Source of the DNA: Salisapilia sapeloensis CBS 127946
Taxonomy: Eukaryota; Protista; Oomycota
Length of the DNA stretch: 56,880 nt
Assembly (NCBI GenBank): GCA_023334545.1
Contig: JAADVB010000110.1
Location: forward strand, 1-56,880
Direction of reading: 5' to 3'
Position 1 is the stretch's first letter; the number at the start of each line of letters is the position of its first letter. Both the position numbers and the translations under genes were made by a program. Under the pieces are notes generated by a model. The model was not told the DNA's origin and made no database searches. It worked only from the letters and a program-made list of their open reading frames with translations. Positions 39,443 to 52,644 of this stretch are shown here, piece after piece.

Positions 39443-42400
39443 ATGGCTAGGCGTAATCGAGTCCCTAGCGATGACCAAGATGAAGATTGTGCAGTAAAGG
39501 TGATCGTCCGCGCCAGGCCTCCAAGTATCCAAGAAGTACAATCTCGGTCTAAGATCGTTGTCCACGTTTCTTCTTCTGCGATCCAAATTGTGCATCCGAG
39601 TATCTTCCAAAATGCTACCTTTCTCGAAGCATTGCCAGCTACTCTGCGACTTGCGATACAATCTGATCCTACGACATTTGACTCCCTCGCACCTGAAGTA
39701 CTAGCCGCAGCAATCTCAGCAGGCCATTGTCACGTTTTTCACTACGATCGGTGTTTCGGTGCGACCTATTTGCACATGAATGGATCAGGGAATGAAGGAA
39801 GTATCGAATGGAAAGACGAGGATGCTATTGAGGCCAGGTCGAATCAAGAAATGCTGTTTGAACAAGTTGGCAAGAATATGATAGTGTCAGCCTTTGAAGG
39901 ATTCAATTGCACAATCCTCGCCTATGGGCAGACTGGAAGTGGAAAAACTCATAGTATGGTCGGGGACGGGTCGGAAACGGGCAGAGGTCTTGTTCCTCGA
40001 GTTTGTGAAACTCTGTTTGAAGAAATTGAGTACCGTCGGAAGAGTGAATTGCAAGAGTACGATACGATAGAAAATGATTTACTAGAGTCCGTCGAGACGG
40101 GCTCAAAGACAGTGTACAACGTTCAGGTATAATGTGTCATTGCATCTGCTCTCGAAACTTTGTGCTGAAACACAATGATATAGGTGAGCTACTGCGAAAT
40201 CTACAAGGAGAAGGTCAATGATCTATTAGACGAGAGCACACACGTTAGTGCGGATCCCATGGATGCATCAACCCACGCTGGATCGGATGCCGTGCAATTA
40301 AGAGGAGGCGATGAATTTCAAGCTGGGTCACCAGCACAAAGGTTAGTACCAGCGTTTGGTTCCTATCCTCGAAGTTACACGAGTTCAAGGCGACTCAAGG
40401 TGCGCGAGCATCCGGTTACTGGACCGTTCGTTGAGGGTCTATCGTCAAAGTCTGTCGTTTCGTACTCTGAGATCGCAGAGGAACTTCTCGCAGGAGACCG
40501 ACTTCGAACCGTTGCGTCTACGCGTATGAATGCTGTGTCCTCTCGATCACATGCCATCTTTACGATCACACTCACTCAAACGGTTATCGACAATGAGTCG
40601 CACAGTGCCCATAACAAGGTATTCGCTCTTATCGATTTCGTATTTAATACTCGCGACTAAGTGGCTGGTGTGGTGGTTGTAGACTGCAAAGATCTGTCTA
40701 GTAGACTTAGCTGGATCCGAGCGTGCTGATGCATCTGAAACGAGTGGTGACCGATTAAAAGAAGGCGCAATGATCAATCAAAGTTTAACAACACTTGGGC
40801 GAGTGATTTCATCATTAAGCAGGTATAACTATAGTTATGATAGAATGCACGGATGTGCTTAGACTTGTTTGCACGATAGAAATAGTGCCAATCGAGTGCC
40901 GTATCGAGATAGCACTCTCACGTGGCTATTGAAAGAGAGCTTAGGAGGAAACGCAAAGGTAAGCATGGCAGAGCCACATGCAAAAAAGCAGTGCTGATTC
41001 TCTTTGTTAGACGACGATGATTGCAATGATCAGTCCATCCGCAGACAATTATGAAGAGACGATGAGCACACTTCGGTATGCAGAGTCAGCGAAACGCGTT
41101 GTCAATAGAGCTGTGGTGAATGAAGATAAGAATGCAAAAGTGATTCGACAATTACGAGAAGAAATTCAGCAGCTCAAAGATGAATTAGCAAGAGTGAAAT
41201 CTCGTAGAGGGTCCAATCATGAGGAAGCCTTGAATCGAAGCATTTTGGAGCACGAGCGAGCGTATTCACATCTAAAGCTTGTACAAGATGAGGAAGATCA
41301 AATGAAGCACAATGTGGAAAGCAATTTACAGTCATCGTTACCAAAACTTATACAGCTTGCACCTATACGCGAAGAAGTGCGTACGTACGAGTTGGCTTTG
41401 GGTCACACAGTATTGGCTACTCAAAGCGCAATAACAAGATCTGCTAAGGCACCATCCAGTACTCAATGCATAAAGATCGATGAACCGGATGACGACTTCC
41501 TCGTCGAATTTCACATAAAGCAAGATGATCTCGATGGGGATAATAAAGAGATTGGAGTATACTATGAAGTGACGCTCGTTCGTCCTCGTCTCGTTCGAGC
41601 CTGTATCAACAACGAACAACTTCCAGAAGACCAAGAAATGTGTCAACTTACAAATGGAGACCAGCTCCAACTTTCAACAATAACCTTAATGCTTGAAGCA
41701 AAGACAAAGCAGAAACCTGTACCAGTCTCTCCACTCATTACCGCAGAGAATCCATTCATACATTTGATACATAAAGGAAGCCTAAGAGATTTAGTTGCTC
41801 AAGCGAATAATATTAGCACAGACTTGGGCTTGAGCATGGCATTTTACGACAACGATGACGATGAAAATACAATCTCTGTCGCAAAAACATTTGGAGATGG
41901 TCGCTCTACTGTATCAAATTGGACGAGAAAAGAGCTCGAGATGCAATTATGTGCACTATTGCAGCTTCAAGCGACTTTAAGCCGATCCAGCCAGCTTGTT
42001 CCTACTACGAAAGTTATTCTTCCAAAGTTAGATGCATCGACAATCTCTAGTTCTAATGAGCATGATGGACTCAATAAGACTCACAGCGTCCGACCGGATG
42101 ATACTCAACTCAAACTTCTAGAGAGGTCGGAGGCTCAACCTCGCCAATGTACACGCTTAGTCGGCTGTGGAAGGATTTACCTTTCTTCTATCGGCCATCA
42201 CCATGCGAATGGCTCTCGTTCATTCGAATCTCATGTTAAAGTCGCATTATTTGATAGTCAAGGATCTTCCGTCGGACAATTCGTCATTAAAGTGAGCGAG
42301 TCTACGTCGTCGAGTAAAGTAAAGGCATCCAGCAGATTGCTCAATACTTTGCAACGAGTCTATGGACAGCCATTGCATATTTCGACGCAAGAACCAATCC

Positions 42401-44598
42401 AGGTTTCTATAACAATTTTATCTGTGCATCTTTTAAAAGAAATGGCAGGAGATTTAGTAGACAATGGTATATCCATGACTTTGACTCAGTGGACGAAATC
42501 AAAGTCTAGCTCTACAAAACCAATGTCGACAGGTCATTTGCACGAATCACCTCGAGATGAAGAGAGTACTTTGACATTCGACGTCAACCAACCATTTAGC
42601 TTTATTCGTGGATCTAAGGATAGCAAAGCATCAGGAGCTAGTCAGGATGACTTTATTCGAGTAGAGCTCTGGGGATACAGTTTGCCGAATGTGTTAAATA
42701 AACATGTTAGTGAGAGTGGATCACATGATGCTACCGAAGAGACGGTGAGGAGCATACCACAACTAAAGTATCGACTCCCACTTGAATTTTTCATCTCTGT
42801 GGATATTGAGGAAAGAGACAGTGATGGAGTGTTCAATCCTGTCGATGTAAAGGCAGACGGATCGTTGAGATTGCGAGTGAAGCATGCGAGGAGATTGGCT
42901 ATTCGTGTGACACAAGCAGATCAAAAGACGCTCGTCCTAAAGAAAATTGTGGGTGTCTACTTGCTTCCTCCGTTTGCTATACAAAGCAAGTTTGGAAGCT
43001 ATAATGATACAACTTATAAAAGCGCTCAAAATCTTGTTGCCTCACCTCGAGCATCAAGTCAGCACTCGACCTTGTCGGCATCATCAGCTAGTGGAACGTT
43101 AAAAGAAGCTCAACCGAATCGATATGGTAACTGGGTTTCACTTGACCACCGTAGCGAGAATGACATAGACGAATCCAGTCGCTCTGTGTCTACCACAGCG
43201 AAGTGGGATAAGGACTTGACCGCTGAAGAAAGAGTGGATGGAAGAGGAAGACGTGGGGTTTTCCGCGTAGTCATTGCTTTTGTCACTAGCGTCTCATCAA
43301 CGCCTATCATTGTCTCAAAGAGCGTTACCACCAAATTAAAGCCATCATCGACATCAACAAGGCAGAAAATAGCGCACGAAGTTGAGCTAGGGCGATCCAA
43401 AAATGCAATTTATGGTCAAATTAGCAGAGATTACAGATTGGGGACTTGGTACGCTGTTGATGTGGTAATGTCAACGGAAAAGGAACTATCTAATGAAGGA
43501 GGCGCGACTTCGAATAATTTAGCTCAATTAGAACCGAAAGAAGCAGATACGATGTACTACGTAGAGTCGTATATTCAAGGACTGCAAAGACTTGAAAATG
43601 TGCTTGATCTCGAACGCATTCGCCAGTATCTGTCAGCATCGCAACTACGTCTATTAAAAGAAGGCAATGACGTCGAAGGGAAGAGAAGTGCGAATGTAAG
43701 CGCGGAAGATGCTCTTCGTTGTTTTAAGCACTTGGGTGCATTAGCGGATGGATACCAGATCGTTTCTGTTGATTCGGATAGTTCTGATGCTGCGTATATA
43801 GCCCAGGAGAATAACAAAAAGCTGAAACTTCGCGTAGACGATGCGTATGTCCAAGATCTGAGTGCACAAGAGACTGAACTAGAAAGTTTCAAGCAGAAGC
43901 CTTGTGAGCGACACATTGTTCACTTTGTAACTGAGCCTTGTTTGCTGTGGGAGGATGGAGGTGCAGAGATGAGTGGATTTCTCATGTTTACTCAGACGAG
44001 TCGTCCGAGCAATGACACCTTTGGCAAAGGTGGTGCATCAACATACGCAGATCTAAAATCTAGTAAAGCCATGCCACAATGGGGTAGAAAGCACCACGCC
44101 AGGTGCAAACGCCGATGGTTCGTTTTACGCAGGCCGTTCTTGTACGCTTACAAGAGCTACGACCGCCATGAGCAGATCGGAGTACTTGACATATCTCGCT
44201 GTCAATTGCTCACAGGTGTGGCAAAAGTGGGAAGCGATGCGTCTGGAATCTATCCTAGTGTACATCCAAACGCAGGAGAGCCTAAACTAGGTGTCAACGG
44301 ACGTCCATTTAGCTCCAGTTCATTGGGCTCGAAGAATGATACAGGAATATTGTCTCGAAGCCGTAGTTCCCACCTATTTTCAAAGGCTCACACAAATATT
44401 TCCTCGACTGTAAGCAATCCATTTGCCTTCCAACTAGTGGGATTGTCAGGTTCCAAGTACATTGTCTGGTCACTACAAGCTTCAACCACTGCAGAGATGC
44501 GAGCATGGCTTATGGCCATCGATCCATTGAGATTGAAAGCTAGAGAAGACATTGTCAACAGTCAGTGTTCAAAGGAGCGACCTGTCTTGGCAGCGTAG
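39443..44598 (+). CDS. Kinesin-3 (KIF1/KIF13/Unc-104-like) with degenerate FHA, DUF3694-like and PH domains (5 exons)
   Basis: Motifs [31 protein letters not shown] and TLRYA. Introns 40127-40183, 40619-40682, 40823-40879 and 40959-41010. C-terminal PH ([13 protein letters not shown]). Confidence 0.95.
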
Positions 44599-44680
44599 AA
44601 AGCAAAGTGTAATCCATAACATGAAATCATTTACAAGTCGAATATATATACAACTCCATCATTTATAACTCGTTTCTATT

Positions 44681-45284
44681 TTATAAGGCGAAGCCGTAGA
44701 CGCACAAGACAACTGATATTGTGGGGTTTTCCCACGAAATAGTGCATGATCCTGGTCATTAGCGTGAATAAGTTTGGATTGTGTAAGATAAAGAAATATA
44801 GCTTACCGTCGGCTTTTTGATCCCAGAAGGATGAGCTGAAGCATATAAATGAGCGTAAATCCACAAGACTTTTCTTCATTCATGAGCTCATTCGCATTAG
44901 ATTGCTTACCTTTGCATGTGAATGCCTGATCCCTTGCGTTCGCAGATGAAGCACGTAATAACATACTTGAAATTCTACGTTGAGTAGATAAAAAAATTAA
45001 CCTTTCGCACCATCGTATTTGAGCTATTGCCAGCAATTACCGGTGAAAGATTCTTGAGATCTTCCGTACAAGCCGATGTCATGTTGTTGTTCCACTGGTT
45101 TACCTGTTCATCACAAATGAGCCAGATAGAACGAGATGACTGCTGTAGTTCAAGGGATAGTGAAGTGTCCTACCTTTGCATGATCATATACTTGGCCTTC
45201 CAATGTGCTTAATACTGCGTCCTGAACGATAGCAGTAACCTCATCTTGTAAGAGTGGAAACTCAAACCGCGTTGACACAGCCAT
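44681..45284 (-). CDS. DYNLT1: Tctex-1 family dynein light chain (5 exons, about 113 aa; absent from the ORF track)
   Basis: Exons 45284-45174, 45103-45041, 44974-44910, 44835-44807 and 44751-44681 give ...DEVTAIVQDAVLSTLEGQVYDHAKVNQW...NFKYVITCFICERKGSGIHMQSSSFWDQKADGSCTISWENPTISVVLCVYGFAL*. Confidence 0.92.
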
Positions 45285-45403
45285 TCCTTGCTAGGCCGAA
45301 ATGAGTCGATTCGACTTGTTCAGTTTCTTGCCGTTTCGAGTTGAAAGATCGCTTCGCAGTACATGAACTCGTACAATTTTACAGCTATTCACTACCTTGC
45401 ATC

Positions 45404-46474
45404 ATGTCTGAAGAGCAGATGACCGGTGAAGAAGTAGACTCGGACGTGTCATCCATCAGCAGTTCAACTCCTTCTCAAGGACCATCACTTTCATCAAGTC
45501 ACTCTGTCAACGATACTCCTCCCCCTCCGAATGGATCTGAAAAAGTCTTGAGATCTCACGCTGAGATTGTTCAAATACTAAACAAGTACAAGAAGGAATT
45601 GCACACGGGATCTATAGATAAAAGGAGCCAAAATGGTCCAACGAGATTTGTCCAAGTTACCAAAAGCGGAGATATATACTCAGTGCACAACAGCAGAAAG
45701 TCGTGGCTTGCCTGCTTGCAACGAGTACTGCCTTATCATATATTTGCAGCTAATGACACTGATCCGCATATATCCTCTATGATCCCAAGCATATCCTGGT
45801 TTCAAAGTAACCAACTATCAACAAAGTTGTCACTACTGTGTCAAGGCATGATAGTTGGTATGTGCTGGATGGAAGACCTGGGGCCTATTGCAATGGACGC
45901 ATCATCACCCAATTCTGAGAAAGCGAGACTTTGCGAGTCGATCCCTGGTGCAAAAATCTCCCGTCAACTTCTTTACATTCTCTTGTACAGCTTAATTTGA
46001 CTTTTTCGTCTCGAGACTTTGTGCTCACCAAACATGTAGAAACGCTGAGCTCGTTGGTCTTGGAGTGCGATTTTTCCAAGAGCAAGTAGAAGTAGAAAGA
46101 AACTGCAGCAGTAGCAAAAGATCCGTAAAGGTACCTTGCATTTCGATTTTATCATTTCTGCTCTAGTATAAAGATACTGTGCCAGTAGATTGCAATGACC
46201 ATGCTACTAGTCCTAGTGTCACTTGTCATTCTCCTAACAGAGACGCCAAGCATTGATCGACTCCAAGCCAAGATAGACAGCAATACGGAAGTGTATGCAC
46301 TCTATGAAAGCAGATAGAGAAACAATGCTAAAACCAGTCTTATTATATCGTAGATGCCGATCGACAGACCAATGGGAAACTTCTCTACAAGATGACTTGG
46401 CGTATGTAAACGCATTCACGCTATGGCGTACGTGTCTCCTATCACTAGCATGGGTAGGTCAGGTCTGTCTATGA
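45404..46474 (+). CDS. Multi-TM protein, possibly TMEM237-like (ciliary transition zone) (4 exons)
   Basis: Phase-consistent introns 45985-46039, 46131-46188 and 46293-46353. Segments LCQGMIVG...RQLLYILL, IAMTMLLVLVSLVILL and LWRTCLLSLAW resemble TMEM237 helices. Confidence 0.5.
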
Positions 46475-46498
46475 CAGTCAACGTGCATACGTCTCCAT

Positions 46499-48426
46499 TT
46501 ACTCGTTATCCGTCATACTTTCATCTACTCGATGGTTATCTTGATTATTCTCAAATCCCTCCGCCATCATTCTTTCCAACAACTCCATTCCTTGCACAGC
46601 TTGTTCACATGCTGGATCGACCGCTAGTGCTCGATGGAAATAGTTCATCGCTTCTGGATGTCGCTGCTGTTGTCCATACAGTTCCGCTAGTTTTGTAAAA
46701 AGCGGAGCTTGTCCGATGAGTTCCACGACCTCAAGCAGTCGATCAATCGCTCCTTGCACATTCCCACTTTGTTCCATCAGTCCAACGACCCCCAGCATCG
46801 CATCCGAGTCACTTGGACACATATCCAAAGCCTGTTCAAACGCTTTCTTTCCACCCGACTGATTCCCTGTCATGGCATACACTTCGCCAAGCAGAGAGTA
46901 GCTTCGACTTTGCGTCGGAAACAGTCGCACGAGTGTCTTGGCTGCCATCGTCGCCTGCTTCTGTCGACTCTGACCAGCATACATCAGCTGACAATAAGTC
47001 TTTGTGAGACCAGATAACGCATCAAAGTCTCGATGGATCTGACAGACACTAGAGAATGCTGCTTCAGCGTTCGAGTATTGACCTAATTGCAGAAGAACTT
47101 GTGCTCGCTTCACTTTTGCACGAGTGTACCCTGGTGCAACTGCAATTGCTCGATCACAGAACTCTAACGCACGCTCTGTATCTTTCTTCGATTGAGCTAA
47201 ACTCGCTGCAGCTAGCCATGGCTCTGGTCTTTCGGTACTTATGCCAAAGAGCTTGGGAATGAACGTGGTTAATTTTTTGTTCTGCTTTTGATACAAAACG
47301 TCTGCGTAGACGTCCATGTCTTGAAGATTATATTCATCCAGGGCATGCATGGCTTCGAAATCCGATTGAGCAGCAGTGAGTTCATGACGCGAGTGACGTA
47401 TTTTACCGAGGAGGAGACCACAAGGTAGATTATCTGGAAAGCGATTACAATCCACTTGTTCCAGACCTGCGATCGTGCCTTGGAGATCCTGACGGGCGAG
47501 ACACATGTGTGCTTGAACGAGAGAATGCATCCACACAGCATCCTCTTCCGCTACGTTAGATGGAGTGGAGTAGAAAGTATCAATGGAAACGCTTTGACTG
47601 CGCTGACTGGATGCGTTTGGAGGAGTGTTACGTAGAGCGGCAGAGCGTGCGAGCGCAATGGCTGCTTCCATTGCATACGGATCTTGTCTAAAGAATATGT
47701 GAGGGGATTGCTGTTGTATACGATAGGTAGATGGTACTTGAGTGCTTCGGTATATGCCATTTCGCCATTGGTTTTATTTCCATTGTTCATGTACAATCGA
47801 CCGAGCATGAGGTTCACCGTCAACGTTCGCTCGCTTGAGGGTATAGATAAGAGCTAATAGAAGTTTAAGACTATAGCTATAAGTAGATAAGAGCTGATTA
47901 AAAAACTACTGACCTGATCAAGTGCTTTCTTCGGGCAATCGAGTTTTTCCCAGCATCGAGCCACTTTTACTGTCACGTTCACTTTATCACGAGATGAAAG
48001 AGTGGGTTCAACCTGTCGAATATCTTCGACATAGTCGGAAAAGTATTTCTACAGGCGAATGTAAATAAGGAGAATGGAGTGATAGTGTGGAAATAGACGT
48101 ACGATTGCTCTCCGGAACTCTAGGCGTTCGTATAGAACGCATCCAAGTAGGTAGTTGCTTTTGGCCGTAGTGGATCGACTTATATGATCCATCGGACGTA
48201 GTGAAATCAATAATTCGCTGAGCAATAAAGCCGAATCGAGTGCTCCGGCCTCCAGCAGTTTTTCGACCTTGTCTTGCAATCGCAATGCATGGTCTTCTGT
48301 GATACATTGCGCTTCAGTAAGTTTTGCATGTCCTACAAAACTCTCTTGCGCTTCAGGTGTTTGCTCAGATGCCTTCCGAGTACGTCGCGTACGACTCGAA
48401 GCTGTCTGTCGCTGCTTGGAGCTCAT
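46499..48426 (-). CDS. ANAPC7: APC7-like TPR protein (anaphase-promoting complex) (4 exons)
   Basis: Introns 48102-48049, 47913-47854 and 47737-47688. LLSIPSSERTLTVNLMLGRLY and DPYAMEA are followed by tandem TPRs. Confidence 0.78.
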
Positions 48427-49375
48427 GATTCCGTTGTGGCATTCGATGGAGGAAGAGGGGATTTTACAAGTTCAAGTACAACTGTAGGAAAGTAAATATA
48501 CGAAAAGTGGTGAATTTACAATTTGCAACTTCTATCTAACTTCAACAGGAAACGGATGCACCTCCCACAAGTCCTTCCTGTCTGTAGATCGAGACCGATG
48601 TGTTGTCATGACTATGAGAGGACATCCACAAAGTTCGTGTATAGACGATTTGGATGATGCTCACCAGTATAGGGATTTGATATCATAATCGAACGCAATC
48701 GTGGTAGAGGGGTACTTCTCAAGATGTATCTTTGATACACTGTGGCTCTATTCAAGATTGACGATGGAGGGTATAATTAAATGTCCTCTAGTATGACGAG
48801 CGATTGGAATAATATCCATCTATTTCTATCTTCTTCCAGCTTCCAACTGCATCCCATAGAGCGGTTTCCTATCTTCATACCGCGGAAATTGTGTTCTACG
48901 GGATGGTTCATCCACATTTCGCTGCTTCGCAGTAGAGAGTAGAACTGTCATGGGATACTGATCTACGGAAAATGGTAGCCGTTATAATAAACTGGAAAAA
49001 CTGTACTATCTCTTTACTTCTCAGCAATCTCCCAGTTCATACGAGCTTTTTTCCTTCTCTCTTTTCCTCGTCGCATGCCAACCGTTCGAGAGAGGTGGCT
49101 CGTCATGCAGTACTGTACAAGATTCTGAGCAACATGCTAGATGTGAGTAAAGTCGCTAGTTTACAGCTTTGGTCGATTACCTGTATGAATTCCATATAGC
49201 GAACAAATGTATCCTCCATTTAGCAACAAGACTTTTCATTCCACTTCTTCAATCGGAATGAAATCAACATGTAGAAGGCATAAAGATAAAAAATAATCCA
49301 CAGGATCGGTTTATTTAATGTCGTGGAACACACATGTACTTCTTTACTGACTTTCAATTCCGTATGCTGCGTTTT

Positions 49376-50059
49376 TTATTCCGGTTGACGTCTCTCTTCC
49401 AAAGGTGGCGAGTATCGACCGTCGTACATGCTAGGTGAGGACAGTAGCCGCCGCTTTCGAGGCCCATTGGGGCTGTTTAAGCGTAATTTGCGGTTGCGTA
49501 AATAGGTGAGAGCATTACGGAGTTGAATTTTCGTCGGCATGAGGTCCGCGCCAAAGTAGCCTTTGCCATGTAGCTGCTCCAGCTGCCGGTAGATAGTCAT
49601 AGGTTTCACCTCGCTATCTTGATACAGCATCCGAACGATGTATGCCTTCATTTCTTCCGTGACGCACGTCTGGAGAGGCTCTTGGGAGTCGTGTTCGTTA
49701 CTCAAGTGTTGGTATGTCTGGCAGATGATGCCTGCGTACGTGAGTTGGCACGTCGACATGCGCAACTGGACCGGACACGTCCTTACTTGCCGTGGCCCCT
49801 TTTGCGTAGATAGATCTCTCTCTCGTGGATGGCACAACGCCGAGGTGCATTTCGTCCACTGGACTTTCATTTTGTGCTCTTCCTGAGCTGCGACTGTGTT
49901 GTTATCGTGGTGCATCGTGCAGTTGACCAAGTGTGTGTTGATAATAGCATTGCGTTTCAAAGACCGTCGAAAGTCCTGCATCTCCGCTTCGCTCGATGTT
50001 TCGCCGATGACGATCCACCCGCCGTCGTCCGGATTCGAGAGAATGCGTTTGAGATCCAT
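49376..50059 (-). CDS. Transposase-derived (WRKY/GCM1/FAR1-like, MULE N-terminal type) DNA-binding protein without a DDE domain
   Basis: HKMK...CTSALC...CPVQLRMSTC...QH zinc-ligand pattern, then a helical EMKAYI...KPMTIYRQL...QLRNALTYLR module and an NLS (PRKRR). INR+FPR upstream. Confidence 0.7.
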   Translation of the reverse strand: MDLKRILSNPDDGGWIVIGETSSEAEMQDFRRSLKRNAIINTHLVNCTMHHDNNTVAAQEEHKMKVQWTKCTSALCHPRERDLSTQKGPRQVRTCPVQLRMSTCQLTYAGIICQTYQHLSNEHDSQEPLQTCVTEEMKAYIVRMLYQDSEVKPMTIYRQLEQLHGKGYFGADLMPTKIQLRNALTYLRNRKLRLNSPNGPRKRRLLSSPSMYDGRYSPPLEERRQPE

Positions 50060-50162
50060 CGGATGTATATGAGTGGTGCGTGCTACTCGATGACGACAAG
50101 TATCCTTTCGGTTGATTATTTACTAGCCGGATGAAAACTCCGGCGGTTGATGTCCAGGATGA

Positions 50163-50176
50163 AAATATGAAAATGA
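50163..50176 (-). promoter_or_regulatory. INR+FPR core promoter of the transposase-derived gene
   Basis: TCATTTTCATATTT on the minus strand; no ATG lies between it and ATG 50059. Confidence 0.55.
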
Positions 50177-50199
50177 CGATCAAAGGAGTGCAGGGTACG

Positions 50200-50950
50200 T
50201 CCAAAGGATTGAGGTAGGCTTCGCTACAACCGGTAGAAATTGCAGAATGATTATGGACTCCTGTTTTTGCAGTGGCTTATGGTCGCACGGAGTCTAATCG
50301 TTGCATCATTACAAATTCCAGCTCAGACTGTTCAGCTTCCACTGGCTAAAGTACCAGTACTCCATCCATCCCAGACCCGTTTCAATCGGAAAGCTCTATA
50401 TTCGTTATTTTCATCCCTTGGTGCGTTCGGTCGTGATGCAGCCGAGCATGGATTTGGCATAGAAACGCCTGCCAAGCGGCACAAGGTGATGGTTTCAAGG
50501 TCGGTTTCACGTTGCGACCCCCAAAGATGTCGAGTGCGCTTTCGACGCTTCGTGGTCCTTGCAATGGATGATCTTCTGTGTATGGATGCAACGTCCTACT
50601 TTTCTTCCAACGATAAGATGACAATACCACACTACACCGTCCGAGCAAACGGTACTCGGCGAAATGCGACAAGGAAACGTCGCCACTCGCCTGACCCCGA
50701 GCGTCCTGTGCCTAATGCCATGGAGCAGCGAGATGCGAAACGACAGAGCGCATACAGTCTCAAATACAATGCGCTCAGAAAGCTCGTATCTCCGTCCATT
50801 CGATCGCGAGTGCAACCACGCCTGCCATAGCAGCTCCCGTAGTTCCATCTATCACTACTAGATACAGCATCAAATATGTCGTGTGCGAAGTACTAGCCAG
50901 AGCACGCAAAGGCTTGGATGTGAACGCCAGCCGATGAAGACCCGCCGGTC
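50200..50950 (-). mobile_element. Heavily degraded Ty3/Gypsy pol relic (RNase H to integrase)
   Basis: Ordered fragments across frames: RWNY/RELL (~50850-50828), LSHFAEY (50672-50652), HDRTHQGMKITNIELS (~50435-50390; HxGxxxTxxxLS) and LQFLPVVAKP (~50245-50216). Confidence 0.45.
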
Positions 50951-51531
50951 TGTACCCGGCTTCACTCAAGCATGTGTTTTCGCCCGAAACCTGCGTAGAG
51001 CCCGCACATCGTTTGCTGATGCGGCGCAAGATGTGTTGTCCAGCTACCGTCGTGACTGGAAGCCCACTGTTTTTGTTCGCTCTATGCCTTGTATGACTGC
51101 TTCAAGCCAACTCAGATAAAACTGATCATCACGCAAGGTTTATTCCGTCGGTGACGAGGATACTGGAGGTGCAGAAACAGGATACGCGTTCACCATCCAC
51201 ATCGATCTCCTACTTGCTCGTCAGCACGAAGGTACGGCAGCCGACAAGGTAGCATGCAGCGTGTAAAAGTTCTTGCTCCACTTCGTTCAATAAAGTCACT
51301 TGGTACCGAAGATGGATGACTTGGCATCAGCCACTTGAAGGCATTGGATGACTGGCGTTTACGTCAAACAAAACAGTGCTAGCTGACTGATTGCTATCCA
51401 TCTGCTATGCACAACCCGTAAGACATGCGAACGAAATGATCACGATTTATAGTGCAGATGCGGTCGTATTCAAGAGCTGGGAGATGGGATTCATGCTGAC
51501 TTGTCTAGCTAGATGGGACACTTTGTCTTGC

Positions 51532-52644
51532 TCACTTCTCCACGGCCGTGTCGTCACGATTGAGGTACTCGATCATCGAGCCCTCATACACACGCACGTC
51601 TTGGAAACCGAGCAGTTCTTCCAAGACGAAAGCCGTGTGGGCTGCACGAATAGCACGTTGGCAGTACGTGACGACTGGTTTGTCTTTTTCTAGCCCTAGC
51701 TCCTCCACGAGCCTTGTCTGTAGTTCAGACGTGTCCTTGAAGACACCAAGATTGGCAACATCCAGAGCTTCCGTCCATTCATAGTGGATCGCACGTGGGA
51801 CGTGGCCAGCATGTTTATTATACGCTGCACTGCCATTGTATTCACCTTCCGATCGAGTGTCTACGATTTGCCAATTTTCGTCCTCGATTGCTTCCTTTAG
51901 ACCATCGAGATCCATGACAAGGTCCTTGCCTTCGTGAGGACTGGACGTGGGTGAGTGTGAGCGTTTAGATTAGAGCATGTGAGGGTCTGTACCTCCAGAT
52001 GGGGTCTGCAGATGCTGGGAAGGACTCGCTTTCCGACGACACGTCGTTTGTGTCGGCCATCCACTTGTTCCATCCACCATCCAAGATCTTTGATATGCAG
52101 ATTATGAGCGTAATGTCCATGTAGGAATGGAAGAGAAAGATACTTTGAGCTGCTCTTTCGGGAATCCAAAGTAGCGGAAGACCCACCATGCTCGTGCTGC
52201 TTTCTAATCGACCAGTCTAGTGTGAATGCATTTCATGTGCATTGGAAGGATGTGCGCATACCACTCCGAAAGCGTCGTCGTAGAAGACCAGCGTATGACG
52301 TGGATTCAGTCGGAGCTCGTCGACATACTCTTGGAAATGCTCCTTTTTCATGATCGATGTCCCTGGTGGATCCTGATCCTATGTATTCTAGGATTAAACC
52401 TTATTGCATACATCTGTGATGATACATGCGATCTACTTTAAGTCCAGTAGCACCAACATCGAGCGAAAGAGCTGTTGGAATATGGCCTTCCAAGAAACTA
52501 TCTTCTTGCTTACAGTCCACTGGGATGATATTGTCAGCATTCGAAGAGATCTTGTCCTGCAGCCACGTGCTATCCACGAGAGAGGAGAAGGCTCTTGCAG
52601 TGCTCTTAGCACCAAGTCCCGTAGAGCGATGAAGGCGTAGCATA
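51532..52644 (-). CDS. Tandem-rhodanese sulfurtransferase (MPST/SseA-like), probably mitochondrial (5 exons)
   Basis: Introns 52436-52379, 52261-52204, 52143-52088 and 51992-51941. Motifs GHIPTA, AARAWWVFRYFG, ILDGGW, GHVPRA, catalytic loop YCQRAIRA and VYEGS. Presequence MLRLHRSTGLGAKSTARAFSS. Confidence 0.92.

Noticed and set aside
50240-50830. 196-aa plus-strand ORF, with KDVECAF in another frame suggesting a PIF/Harbinger transposase
   Set aside because: TTG start and a single short motif. The opposite strand has four ordered Gypsy pol motifs, which explain the region better.
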